From contig CAYSHM010000027.1 of NCBI GenBank assembly GCA_964430885.1, positions 1 through 46,412 on the forward strand: a stretch of DNA of 46,412 nt, in the 5' to 3' direction. Shown piece by piece: positions 36,612 to 46,389 of the stretch. This stretch comes from an uncultured archaeon. Its GTDB lineage: Archaea > Thermoplasmatota > Penumbrarchaeia > JASLWR01. The notes beneath the pieces are model-generated. The model was not told the origin of the DNA and searched no databases. It was given only the letters and a program-made list of their open reading frames with translations. Position 1 is the first letter of the stretch. Each line of letters starts with the position of its first letter. The position numbers and the translations under genes are program-made.

Positions 36612-37403
36612 ATGAAAATAGTGGTTTGTGTGAAGCAGGTCCCTGACACCACCGAGGTGGAAGTGGACAAGAAAACAGGTACAATAATAAGGGAAGGGGT
36701 TCCCAGTATATTGAATCCCTTTGATGAGTTTGCACTGAATCTCGCATTGGATATTAAAAAAGAGACCGAGGGAACCATAGTGGTCCTTTCCATGGGCCCG
36801 CCCCAGGCCGAGGATGCTTTGAAAAAGTGTCTGGCAATAGGCGCTGATGAAGCTATACTGCTGTCGGACAGGGCCTTTGCCGGATCGGACACCTGGGCGA
36901 CATCCCTCGCTCTAGCCGATGCAATAGCCCTTATGGATGATGTTGGACTGGTTCTCTGCGGACAGCAGGCAATAGACGGGGATACCGCCCAGGTAGGTCC
37001 TGAGATGGCCCAGCATCTTGAGATGCCCCATGTATCATACGTGGAGGAGATCAGGGAGATCAGCAAGAAATCCGTTATCTGCAAGAAAGAGGTGGATGCG
37101 GGATATCACATAATCAAATGCAAGATGCCTGCAGTCATAACCTGTTTGGCCACCTCTGATTTCCAGCCCAAGATACCCAGTATCATGGAGATCATGAAAG
37201 CGAAGAGAAAAAAACTGGAAGTTTGGGACTGCCAGAAAATCGGTGGAGACGCCGATCGGTACGGTTTAACAGGATCCCTTACCCAGGTTGTCAAGTCCTA
37301 CGCGCCCTCTGATAGAGGTGAATGCGTCATGGTGAATGAGATGCCCGAGGAAGCTGTCAAACAAATACTTCAGTTCCTCAGCGATGAGGGGGTGATAGGG
37401 TGA
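36612..37403 (+). CDS. etfB: Electron transfer flavoprotein beta subunit
   Basis: MKIVVCVKQVPD, NPFD, SMGPP, DRAFAGSDTWAT and GQQAIDGDTAQVGP motifs. The true start is ATG 36612; the longer ORF overlaps acd. Confidence 0.93.
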   Translation: MKIVVCVKQVPDTTEVEVDKKTGTIIREGVPSILNPFDEFALNLALDIKKETEGTIVVLSMGPPQAEDALKKCLAIGADEAILLSDRAFAGSDTWATSLALADAIALMDDVGLVLCGQQAIDGDTAQVGPEMAQHLEMPHVSYVEEIREISKKSVICKKEVDAGYHIIKCKMPAVITCLATSDFQPKIPSIMEIMKAKRKKLEVWDCQKIGGDADRYGLTGSLTQVVKSYAPSDRGECVMVNEMPEEAVKQILQFLSDEGVIG

Positions 37404-38578
37404 TGCAGGTCAGTTTGGAGAAATGTACAGGCTGTGGCCTCTGCCTGAAGGCCTGTTCATTCGAGGCAATTACGGTAACCGATAAAAAGGCGAATATTAA
37501 CCTTGATAAATGTACTTTCTGCGGTATCTGTATCTCAGCTTGTCCCTTTGATGCCATAAGCATGCAGAGGCTGGCAGGTACAAAGGATGTATCGGGATAC
37601 AAAGATGTATGGGTGTTCTGCGAGCAGGAGAAGGGAAAGCTGAAAAATGTAGCTTCTGAACTTCTCGGTAAAGCCGCTGAATTGGCGGAAGAAGTGGATC
37701 AGAGATTATGCGCAGTTGTTATTGGAAGCGGAATCGAGGGTCTCGGGGCTAAACTAGCAGGTTTCGGTGCAGAGGTGGTCTACATGGTGGACGAGGAACC
37801 CCTGGGAACATATTCACCTGATGCGTATAAGGCCGCCTTATCAATGCTTGTGAACAAGTACAAACCAAATATGATGCTCTTTGGAGCAACCCATTTGGGA
37901 AGGGATATTGCACCCACTGTTGCGGCTCATCTCGGTCTTGGTTTGACAGCTGACTGTACTTCCCTTTCCATCAATGAGGAGGGACTTCTAAAGCAGACAA
38001 GACCTGCTTTCGGCGGAAATCTTATGGCAGATATTCTTACACCTGAATCCAGACCACAGATGGCCACAGTAAGACCCAATGTGTTCCAGAGGGCCGAACC
38101 TGTGAATACAGATGATTTCCAGCTTATCAAGGAGAGCATTACCATCAATCCCAGGAATATCCGGACTGAGCTGGTTGAGGAGATCAGCGGAAGGGTCGAG
38201 GGAGAGAAACCAGTGGATGAGGCCGAAGTGGTTGTGTCCGGAGGAAGGGGTGTAGGTGCTGAGGAGAACTTCGAAATCCTGAGAAAGGTGGCCAAGGCTC
38301 TCAAGGGAACCATCGGATGTTCAAGACCCATCGTGGAACTTGGCTGGATGCCCAAACCTCGACAGGTAGGACAGAGCGGTAAGACCGTATCGCCCACACT
38401 GTATGTTGCCTGCGGTATCTCCGGAGCAATACAGCACAAGGTGGGCATCAAGAGCTCAGACATAATCATCGCCATCAACAAGGACCCTGACGCACCCATA
38501 TTTGAGGTGGCTAATTTGGGTGTTGTAGGTGATATCTTCAAGATACTTCCACTGCTTTTGGAGGAGTTGGAGAAATAG
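37400..38578 (+). CDS. etfA: Electron transfer flavoprotein alpha subunit with N-terminal 2[4Fe-4S] ferredoxin domain
   Basis: CTGCGLCLKAC and CTFCGICISAC, then GLTADCT, RPAFGGN, QVGQSGKTV and GISGAIQH. The start overlaps the etfB stop. Confidence 0.93.
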   Translation: MMQVSLEKCTGCGLCLKACSFEAITVTDKKANINLDKCTFCGICISACPFDAISMQRLAGTKDVSGYKDVWVFCEQEKGKLKNVASELLGKAAELAEEVDQRLCAVVIGSGIEGLGAKLAGFGAEVVYMVDEEPLGTYSPDAYKAALSMLVNKYKPNMMLFGATHLGRDIAPTVAAHLGLGLTADCTSLSINEEGLLKQTRPAFGGNLMADILTPESRPQMATVRPNVFQRAEPVNTDDFQLIKESITINPRNIRTELVEEISGRVEGEKPVDEAEVVVSGGRGVGAEENFEILRKVAKALKGTIGCSRPIVELGWMPKPRQVGQSGKTVSPTLYVACGISGAIQHKVGIKSSDIIIAINKDPDAPIFEVANLGVVGDIFKILPLLLEELEK

Positions 38579-38663
38579 ACCGCTGATCTTATTGATTATT
38601 GTTCTAATTAGTGCAGCACAATTCAATAAAAAAGCAGAACATTGAAAAAACAAAATTAAAAAT

Positions 38664-38712
38664 AAGCCGGCTGGCTATTGTTGAAAAGCTATGATAAAAA
38701 GCCGGTTTTTTT
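38664..38712. terminator. Possible terminator between convergent etfA and C25 genes
   Basis: AAGCCGGCT and AGCCGGTTT can pair, and they are flanked by A- and T-tracts. Confidence 0.3.
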
Positions 38713-41700
38713 ATTTATTTCCATATAGTTTTTCATATTCTTTATCGTAATCCTTATTGTCGTTTTTGAAAAGCAGCTCCTCTTCATTCCAGGAATCGTC
38801 AATATCAAGCTTGGCAGCGCCGTCATCATTGAGATCATCGCCGTAAAATCCAAGGGAACCTATTGTATCGTTCTTACCCGTAAGCTCTTCTTCGGAAAGG
38901 TCCTTCCCTTTATCATCTTGGTCTTTACTCACTCTTCCTTTGGCCGGTCTGTCTAAACTGGTCTTCTGTTTCCTTCTAGCAATTATCTCCTGGAGCTTCT
39001 GGTCCTCTCTTTTCTTTCTTTTGATTGCACCAACAACGGGGATTGTTATCCCAACTATAAGAAGTATTACTGCTAGTGCAATAATGATCCAAAGATAGTC
39101 CTTGATACCCTTTGGGTCTCCTCCGTTCTTATTGCCTCCGTTCCCATTTCCATTATCGTCGTCATCGCTGGTGGAACCCGTATACTTTACATTAATGGTG
39201 AACACTGCCGAACCTGTACCTTTACCATCCTCTATCTTCGCGGTAAAGGTAAAAGCCTTTTCAGTCTCTCCATCCATGTCTCCTTGTGTGACCTCGAATG
39301 TGATCAATCCGGCACTGTCGACAGATGCGTGATCGCCGGGTTCCAGGGAAAAGTTAAGGTCAGAAGACCAATCTTCATGTACATTATATTCAAGCTGTAT
39401 AGACAGAGGTTCTCCAAGAGTAATGTTGAAGATCTGGTTCCCTGAAATGATGGGGTCGAAATATTTTTCTTTGATGGTGATGTTGAAGGAGACAGATGCG
39501 ATGTTGCCTTTAGAATCCGTCACTGTAATTGTTACTTTATTGATTCCCAGATATTGGCTTGTGGCCAGGAAATTGACCCGGCCTGAACCAGTGATATCGA
39601 ACATGGGGGAATTATCCTTGTATGTCAAGCCTGAAGTATCCTCATCATCCACGCTTAGAGTTATATCCACCGTGTCATCCACTAGGTAAGTTCTATCAGG
39701 AATGGTCTCTATGACGGGAGGCATATCCATTGGGTCCTTGTGCACGCTGATGATATTGGAAATATCATTATATCCGTCACTGAGAGTTAAGTTAATGGTG
39801 AAATCGCCTGAGAATATAGGCTCCAAATTCATTATAAGGGTCAGTTCCGCTACCGTGATAACAACACCTTCAGGTGCGTCGTGCTGAAAGGTGAAATATA
39901 GGCTGTCCACCGGGGAATCAGGATCATATACCCTTGAGGTCATGTCCTTGGTATAATAGGTTTCATTTCCTTCCAGATTGATGGTTGAGACCCCTATCAG
40001 ATCTATTCCCGGGGGTTGGTTGCCGAATATGAAAAAGGTTATCACATTGTTTGTTTCATTCATCTCACTTGTTGTATCCTGGGAATCAGCTACCAGAAAA
40101 TATTGGTGGTGTCCGGCTAGGGGTATAAGGTCCAGTTCGATTGTGGCCTGTCCGTTAATTCCCAGAAGGACCAGCATATATTCCTCCCCTATCACATTTG
40201 AAGGGTGGATTGAATCGTGATACATATTCAGCTGGACATTGTTAGCCACCACTTCACCAGGGTTCTCCACGGTTATGGATATGGTTGTCCCGGTAACCGT
40301 TGATATGTTGAATCCTCCGTAAGACAGGAGGGATAGGGGATCAAGTATAATATCTGCCATCTTTATATCGACTGATGTATATGCCCGGTTGTTCCATTCG
40401 TCGGATTCCATGATCTCGTTGTCGGGATCTATGACAACATGTATTCTCTCAACACCGCTGACCACTTCCCACTGGACCTCCGCCTCCTCTGACAACCCAA
40501 CCCCGATACTTCCCACGTCCACAAGATCATCAATTAAATTATCATTGTGAACCTCGTTTAGGTAGAAACCGCATTTCACATCGGCTGCTGTAGCATCTCC
40601 GGTGTTCTCGATATCTGCAGTAATGGTCAGAATATCACCTACTGCTGGGGTATCCGATGTCAGTTCTATCTGACCGTTGAACTCCAGGTCGGAAGGTGAT
40701 GCCTCCACTATTACTGTCTTCTCCCTTATCCTGTGATTGTTGGCCAGAAAACTCACTGTGACAGAGTCCCCCTGGGACAGCTGATAATCAAGGCTTATAT
40801 TCCCGTTCTCGTCTGATACTGCGGTAGCAAATTGATCATTGAACATTATGGTGACCCTGGTATCTGGTACTGGATTCAGATTCTGGTCCTTGATGGCCAT
40901 CTGCAGAGTATGGTCCCCGTCCCAAAGATGGAATTCCTCATTCAGGAGGTTCTTAGGTTTCTGGAACCAAATATCGAGTGCGGGATCCCCCAGAAAATTA
41001 TAGCCTGCTAGATTGCATTTTATTCCGTGGGCAATAGGCGTTGGATTGGGTTCCACGAATGAAGGAAGTATCTCTGTAGCATAATCATATCTCATCTGAA
41101 AGTAGGCTTCTGCTGCCTTTCCCTTTTTCTCGAAGAACAGGTCCCAGAACCTCTCGGTCATCCACCAATTGCCTCTGGATTCTCCACCTGATGATTCTCC
41201 TCTCCAGGATCGTCCGCTACTTCCTATCTGCCCTATAACCCCTCCTACCTGCTGGGTGTTCCATCTCTCAAGATTTGAGTCGTCAGCTTCGGTGAAATTC
41301 AGGGTATCGCAGCTGGCAATAAAGGCAAACGGTGTTTTCACCCCGTTTCCCACAGTGTCGCAGTCCTCATAGTTATACAGTATAGACCAGGTAATATCAG
41401 TACCCAGTCCGGAATAGTGGGCAAGAGCGTTGTCCATGGGAGGTGCGCTTTCATCATAATATGCCTGCCCTCCGAAAGTGAGCAGTCCTGCCCCTCTGTT
41501 GAAGTCATTCTTGACGGCAGAACGGGAGAGATTATCATTTGCAGGATTGTATGTACCCCCTTCGAGTTCGGGGTAATCCTGCCGGTTGATCTTGTTGATA
41601 TAGGAGGGAACGGTCTTCTTAAGCTTGTTGTATAACTCATAAGAATTATCCTTGTATGCATCATAATCGTCCCCATTGGGAGGAACCATCACACTAGTCC

Positions 41701-42439
41701 AGATAAGCATCTCCTTGATCCAGTCACCGGATTGGGGGTCTGTCCTGTAATTTATGATCTTGTCGACCATACCGCTGATCTCACCGGGGTCGTCTATGGG
41801 CAGCCGTCCTACCATAATATCCGGGGTCCAATCTTCCTCTCCCCATTCACCGTATGTACCGTTGCCATTGGTATCCCAATCACTTTCAAGACCAGCATAA
41901 TAAGAGTCGGCATAGTAATATTCATCAAGATGCCAGGTGTCGGCTCCAACGTAGATGCGTCTACTGGGTATCAGCTCATGATCTCCCACTAGAAGAACAT
42001 ATTTCAGATGATCGCTTGTTGAGTTTAGGTCCACAAGGAAATTATGAAGCCTTTCCTGCTGATCGTCGCCCGCCATTGCCTCTGCAAGAGCAAGGGAATA
42101 TACCTTGGTTCTAGTACCTAGTTTGCTGTGCCATTCAGCAAGATCCTCCATACCTGCCGTAAATGTTGGAGGTGCGATGATAGCATACTCCACATTGCTA
42201 TCGTCTATTGTGATCATGGGTGAATCTCTAGTTAATTTAGATGCAACATGGACGATACCGCTTACAGGCTTCATTTCAATATTGAAGCGGGTAACATTTA
42301 TTGAGGCTATTAAGGCTATTGAAGCTGTAAGAAGGATCAGGGACATCATCAGCGGGATAAAAGAACCTTTGAGTTTGGATAATGTAGGATTCCTTCTTCT
42401 GGCTCTGTACTTGGAATGATAGTGTAGAAGCTTTTTCAT
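38711..42439 (-). CDS. Gingipain-like (peptidase C25) membrane-anchored protein with CARDB/Ig-like domains
   Basis: LAEWHSKLG, YVLLVGD, ADSYYA, VGRLP, ASC and NFLGDP motifs. CARDB motifs IDPDNEIMESDEWNN and SEMNETNN. C-terminal TM helix and acidic tail. The start is uncertain (ATG 42439; the ORF extends to 42484). Confidence 0.85.
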   Translation of the reverse strand: MKKLLHYHSKYRARRRNPTLSKLKGSFIPLMMSLILLTASIALIASINVTRFNIEMKPVSGIVHVASKLTRDSPMITIDDSNVEYAIIAPPTFTAGMEDLAEWHSKLGTRTKVYSLALAEAMAGDDQQERLHNFLVDLNSTSDHLKYVLLVGDHELIPSRRIYVGADTWHLDEYYYADSYYAGLESDWDTNGNGTYGEWGEEDWTPDIMVGRLPIDDPGEISGMVDKIINYRTDPQSGDWIKEMLIWTSVMVPPNGDDYDAYKDNSYELYNKLKKTVPSYINKINRQDYPELEGGTYNPANDNLSRSAVKNDFNRGAGLLTFGGQAYYDESAPPMDNALAHYSGLGTDITWSILYNYEDCDTVGNGVKTPFAFIASCDTLNFTEADDSNLERWNTQQVGGVIGQIGSSGRSWRGESSGGESRGNWWMTERFWDLFFEKKGKAAEAYFQMRYDYATEILPSFVEPNPTPIAHGIKCNLAGYNFLGDPALDIWFQKPKNLLNEEFHLWDGDHTLQMAIKDQNLNPVPDTRVTIMFNDQFATAVSDENGNISLDYQLSQGDSVTVSFLANNHRIREKTVIVEASPSDLEFNGQIELTSDTPAVGDILTITADIENTGDATAADVKCGFYLNEVHNDNLIDDLVDVGSIGVGLSEEAEVQWEVVSGVERIHVVIDPDNEIMESDEWNNRAYTSVDIKMADIILDPLSLLSYGGFNISTVTGTTISITVENPGEVVANNVQLNMYHDSIHPSNVIGEEYMLVLLGINGQATIELDLIPLAGHHQYFLVADSQDTTSEMNETNNVITFFIFGNQPPGIDLIGVSTINLEGNETYYTKDMTSRVYDPDSPVDSLYFTFQHDAPEGVVITVAELTLIMNLEPIFSGDFTINLTLSDGYNDISNIISVHKDPMDMPPVIETIPDRTYLVDDTVDITLSVDDEDTSGLTYKDNSPMFDITGSGRVNFLATSQYLGINKVTITVTDSKGNIASVSFNITIKEKYFDPIISGNQIFNITLGEPLSIQLEYNVHEDWSSDLNFSLEPGDHASVDSAGLITFEVTQGDMDGETEKAFTFTAKIEDGKGTGSAVFTINVKYTGSTSDDDDNGNGNGGNKNGGDPKGIKDYLWIIIALAVILLIVGITIPVVGAIKRKKREDQKLQEIIARRKQKTSLDRPAKGRVSKDQDDKGKDLSEEELTGKNDTIGSLGFYGDDLNDDGAAKLDIDDSWNEEELLFKNDNKDYDKEYEKLYGNK

Positions 42440-42717
42440 GGGATCAAATCTCCTGTGGCAGTTGAGATTATGAAATATACTCAAACAATGTAATTCTGGA
42501 TGGTGGAATATAACAATAAAATAAGGACTCGAAACTATTTAATCCTACTCCAGATTTTATTTTAGCCCGGTGAGTCAGATTCAGATATGTGGATTATTAT
42601 ACTAAGGTAGAATCCTGAAGTCAGATACCCATAATTTAATTGCCACGGGAACTTGGAGGTAAATTAAATAAATTATCAGAACTGTCCTGGGGTTGCATGT
42701 TCCCCTCGGGAGGATTG

Positions 42718-43494
42718 ATGGAATCAGTTACTGAAAAGACAGCAATATCACTATCCATCATAGTACTTGTCTGTATGATTCTCGGTGCCTTTGCTGTCAA
42801 GATGCGCATACTGGACAGAAAGGGTTCAGTAGCAGCATCCCTCTTGGGAATATTGGTTGGATTGGTAACGGATATATTCTGGCTTGTTCTCATGATACTG
42901 TTCCTGGCTGTGAATTATTTTGTAACATCCATCCGTTCAGATTACAAGAAAAAACAGGGTCTGGATCACAAGAACGGCAGCATGAGGGGGGCAGAGAATG
43001 TTTTGGCCAATGGTGCAGTACCCGCAATACTTGCTATCCTTGCTCCGGTCATGGAGAAGAACCTCGTTCCTATGTTATACGTCTCAGCATTGGCCGGTGT
43101 CACAGCGGACACATTTGCCAGTGAACTTGGAGTGCTGTCGAAGAAGGTCTATATGATAACCAATTTCAAGAAGGTGGAACCGGGAGTGGATGGTGGTGTA
43201 TCTCTTTTGGGTGAGGTGAGCTGCATAATCGGTGCACTGGTCATTGTGGTCCCCGGATTCTTTCTCATTGGTGAACTTTCCTATACCTATTCATCGGTGG
43301 ATATATCATTTCCCCTTACTCTTTATTTTTTCATCGTACCTTTGGTAGCTGGATTTGTGATCTGTCAGATAGATTCAGTTCTCGGGGCAACCATTCAGAA
43401 AAAAGGTTGGCTCTCCAACAGCGGCGTAAACCTTTTCTCGATTTTCATCACCATTACTTTCATGTGGATACTGCTGGATTATGTGGTCCATTGA
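42718..43494 (+). CDS. DUF92/TMEM19-family integral membrane protein
   Basis: RGAENVLANG, ADTFASELG, PGVDGGVS, DSVLGATIQ and N..VN motifs. GGAGG RBS before ATG 42718. Confidence 0.88.
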   Translation: MESVTEKTAISLSIIVLVCMILGAFAVKMRILDRKGSVAASLLGILVGLVTDIFWLVLMILFLAVNYFVTSIRSDYKKKQGLDHKNGSMRGAENVLANGAVPAILAILAPVMEKNLVPMLYVSALAGVTADTFASELGVLSKKVYMITNFKKVEPGVDGGVSLLGEVSCIIGALVIVVPGFFLIGELSYTYSSVDISFPLTLYFFIVPLVAGFVICQIDSVLGATIQKKGWLSNSGVNLFSIFITITFMWILLDYVVH

Positions 43495-44668
43495 GGGCGG
43501 CACGGAAAAAAAAATAGAAGGTGATACCATCAATTCCCCAAAAATGAAACCTATACAGGATATAGATATTAGAGAGCTTGCAGAGATATATGATCAGGAG
43601 AGCAGGGATACCTTCCTGTCAATTTACATATCTTTGACCGACAGAAATTGGAAGCGTTTCCTAGAGAGCCGGTACAATGCCTGCTTCAAGGCCCTAGGTG
43701 ACAGAAAAGAGGTAAGGGCCAATCTGGAAACCAGCTATGAGAAACTTATTGAACAGATGGAGAAGATACCTCATCTACCGGATGAAAGGGGTCTGGCGCT
43801 GTTCGGTTCCCAGATCTATGATTTCTACAGGATATATCCTCTTTCGGTTGAACCCTCCAATACCTTTGTTGTTGATTCATCTCCTTTCATAAAGCCTCTT
43901 GCCCTTCTCAGAGATGAATGGGAGCAGTTCCTCTTGACCTATATAGACGGAACCAATGCCTCAATTTACCTTTTAGGAGCCAGACAGATAAAGGACAGGA
44001 AAGAACTGGAAAAGGATATAATGGGCCGGCACAAGAAGGGAGGCTGGTCTCAGATGAGATTCAACCGTATACGGAAAGGTTCTATCAAACATTTTTATAC
44101 CGATCTTTCCTCTGATATGAGCACACTTATAGAAAAGGAGAGGAATCCGGTGGTCTCCATAGTTATTGCCGGCCCTGGAAATGCAAAGAAGGAACTGGAG
44201 GAGCATCTCCCTGCTTCCCTCAAAGGTATGGTGTCACATGTCATAGATGTGGATTCCCATACGGGTCTTCAGGATCTCATTGCATCGGCCTCTGAGATAA
44301 TCCACCAGGATGAGAAGGATGCCAGTATGGATTCGGTTAGATATCTGGAGAAACTGATTCTAAAGGATGGTCCGGCGATTTACGGAATCGACGAAGTGAT
44401 AAATGCTTCCAGGAGCGGTATAGTGGAAAAACTCTTGGTCCTAAAGGATACCGGTATTCCCGGCTGGATCTGCGAAAAATGTCAGGCGGTCGAAAAAGGC
44501 GGAAAGACCAAATGTCCCTATTGCGGAAGAGGGACCTCTCAGGTTGAGATGCTAGAAGAGGCCATTGAGTTTGTACTGAGGAGCGAGGGAGAGGTTGAGT
44601 TCGTTGACGAATCACCATATCTTGAAGGTTTGGGCGGTATTGGGGCTATACTCCGTTACCGGATCTAG
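43481..44668 (+). CDS. aRF1/eRF1-fold release-factor paralog (baeRF/VLRF1-like, GGWSQ loop)
   Basis: GRHKKGGWSQMRF, IVIAGPGNAK, YGIDEV, a Zn ribbon (CEKC...CPYC) and the terminal LGGIGAILRY. No NIKS motif seen. An alternative start is ATG 43544. Confidence 0.85.
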   Translation: MWSIEGGTEKKIEGDTINSPKMKPIQDIDIRELAEIYDQESRDTFLSIYISLTDRNWKRFLESRYNACFKALGDRKEVRANLETSYEKLIEQMEKIPHLPDERGLALFGSQIYDFYRIYPLSVEPSNTFVVDSSPFIKPLALLRDEWEQFLLTYIDGTNASIYLLGARQIKDRKELEKDIMGRHKKGGWSQMRFNRIRKGSIKHFYTDLSSDMSTLIEKERNPVVSIVIAGPGNAKKELEEHLPASLKGMVSHVIDVDSHTGLQDLIASASEIIHQDEKDASMDSVRYLEKLILKDGPAIYGIDEVINASRSGIVEKLLVLKDTGIPGWICEKCQAVEKGGKTKCPYCGRGTSQVEMLEEAIEFVLRSEGEVEFVDESPYLEGLGGIGAILRYRI

Positions 44669-44682
44669 GGGGTTAACGGAAT

Positions 44683-45969
44683 TTGAGTCAAAAGGACCAA
44701 GGCAGCGTTTGCAGTAAGATCCCTTCATTATCCAAGCTTATTGAAGAGAGCATCCGCGGCCTGTCGCCCATACAGAGAATAATGAAGATGGCTGAACCCC
44801 GGAATATTATCAATATGGGCCGGGACCCGGATGAGGTGATCTCCTTCGGAGGAGGGTGGTGCAACCATTATGCCCCCGAGAAGTTGAGAAAAAAATATCA
44901 GGAGATCTCCTCGGACAGGGATAAATTCCATGAGACCGGCAGATACAGTTCCATCCTAGGCAACTTGGATATCAGGGAGCAGCTATGCAGGTTCGAGGAA
45001 GATATATTTCAGCTCAAGGGATTATCTGTTGACAATATCATAGTTGGCCAATCCTCCACCCAGCTTTTCTTCGATACCATGAAGGTTATTTGTGATCCAG
45101 GGGATGGTATAGGGGTTCTTGATCCCACTTATGCCAATTACGTGAATGCTGTGAAGTGCGCTCTTCCAGGTTCCACCCTTCGTTTTGTCCCTGCATTGGA
45201 CATTGAAACCTGGGAATATATGCCTGATGTCGATAATTCACTGGAAGGATTGAAAGAACTGCAGTCTGCTCATGATCTGAAAGCACTAGTAATCCCCAAT
45301 CCCGACAACCCTACGTCCCAGCTTATACCCGAGCCTTTCCTTAAAGGCGCATTGGAGATATTGGAGGACCGCGGGGCCTTTTTGGTCATGGACTATGCCT
45401 ACAAGACCCAATATTTCGGGGAAATGCCAGGTTCCTTCTCGCTATCACCAGATGACCACCCGAATTTGATCTCTCTTCTGTCAAATTCAAAATGGATCTC
45501 AAGTCTAGGCAGACGTTTGGGATGGGTGGAAGCTTCGCCGGAGGTCATTGATGGAATGGAGAAGGTGGCAGAGGTGTCTCTCTTGAGCCCGGATACCATG
45601 CATTCCATTACCACCAATAGCTATCTTATTGAAACACTGGAAGACGGAAGTCTGAAAGATTATATCGAATCCGTCCGAAAGTTGTACTGGGATACCTCAA
45701 GGGTTATGGTCAAGTGCCTGGAAAAGTACGTTCCCCTCCCCTATCTGGAGCCCCAGGGCGGTTTATATACTTGCCTCAAAGTTGATATGGATCCAGTAAT
45801 CTTCTGCGAGGACATATTGGCAAATACCGGGGTACTGCTGATACCAGGTGTGGGATTCGGACCTTCCATGGATAGGGGAGTGAGGGTATCCTACGGACCA
45901 CTGTGCTATTCCCATGATCTAATTGAAGAAGGCCTTGAGGCTGTGGGTAACTATCTAAATAGTGTTTGA
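44683..45969 (+). CDS. PLP-dependent class I/II aminotransferase
   Basis: ISFGGG, PTYANY, PNPDNPT, DYAY, SNSK(PLP-Lys)...GRRLGW and IPGVGFG motifs. Confidence 0.9.
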   Translation: MSQKDQGSVCSKIPSLSKLIEESIRGLSPIQRIMKMAEPRNIINMGRDPDEVISFGGGWCNHYAPEKLRKKYQEISSDRDKFHETGRYSSILGNLDIREQLCRFEEDIFQLKGLSVDNIIVGQSSTQLFFDTMKVICDPGDGIGVLDPTYANYVNAVKCALPGSTLRFVPALDIETWEYMPDVDNSLEGLKELQSAHDLKALVIPNPDNPTSQLIPEPFLKGALEILEDRGAFLVMDYAYKTQYFGEMPGSFSLSPDDHPNLISLLSNSKWISSLGRRLGWVEASPEVIDGMEKVAEVSLLSPDTMHSITTNSYLIETLEDGSLKDYIESVRKLYWDTSRVMVKCLEKYVPLPYLEPQGGLYTCLKVDMDPVIFCEDILANTGVLLIPGVGFGPSMDRGVRVSYGPLCYSHDLIEEGLEAVGNYLNSV

Positions 45970-46143
45970 TTGATCTTCCTCCATCATTATGATATGAGCA
46001 TTCTGGGTTATATACACACAGATTTAACAATTAAAGATTTATTACGCAACGGTATTATACTGGATTATATTTATTCAATCACAAGTATGGTTTTCAGAAA
46101 TTCAATTTGAGGTTACAACTCAACAAATTAGGAATGTGATGAA

Positions 46144-46389
46144 ATGGGAAGAATTAAGGGAAAAGCCATTGGAGCCGGTATTTTCGGTCTAATAGTAGGC
46201 GCACTTCTGGTATGGTGTTTCATTAACGTAGGATGGTATTACTGGAACAATGATGTAGGGGAAGGAGAACATAAATTTTCTACTGAAACGGTTCTTGGAT
46301 TATCCGAGGGAGAGTTTACAGAAAGCGGCTCTGGAAATTCCACAACAAATAAAATAGGGCTCCTCGTAAGAATTTGTGCAAGTTCTTGA
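46144..46389 (+). CDS. Small membrane protein, possibly a truncated gene
   Basis: N-terminal TM helix followed by GWYYW. No family recognised. Confidence 0.45.
   Translation: MGRIKGKAIGAGIFGLIVGALLVWCFINVGWYYWNNDVGEGEHKFSTETVLGLSEGEFTESGSGNSTTNKIGLLVRICASS

Noticed and set aside
37927-38541. Long antisense or alternate-frame ORFs (e.g. 37927-38541, 34258-34782, 36587-37084, 33060-33548, 7536-7913)
   Set aside because: They are shadows of well-supported genes on the opposite strand and have no motifs of their own.
43481-44668. Canonical peptide chain release factor aRF1 (prf1)
   Set aside because: It lacks GGQ and NIKS motifs, so it was treated as a paralog.
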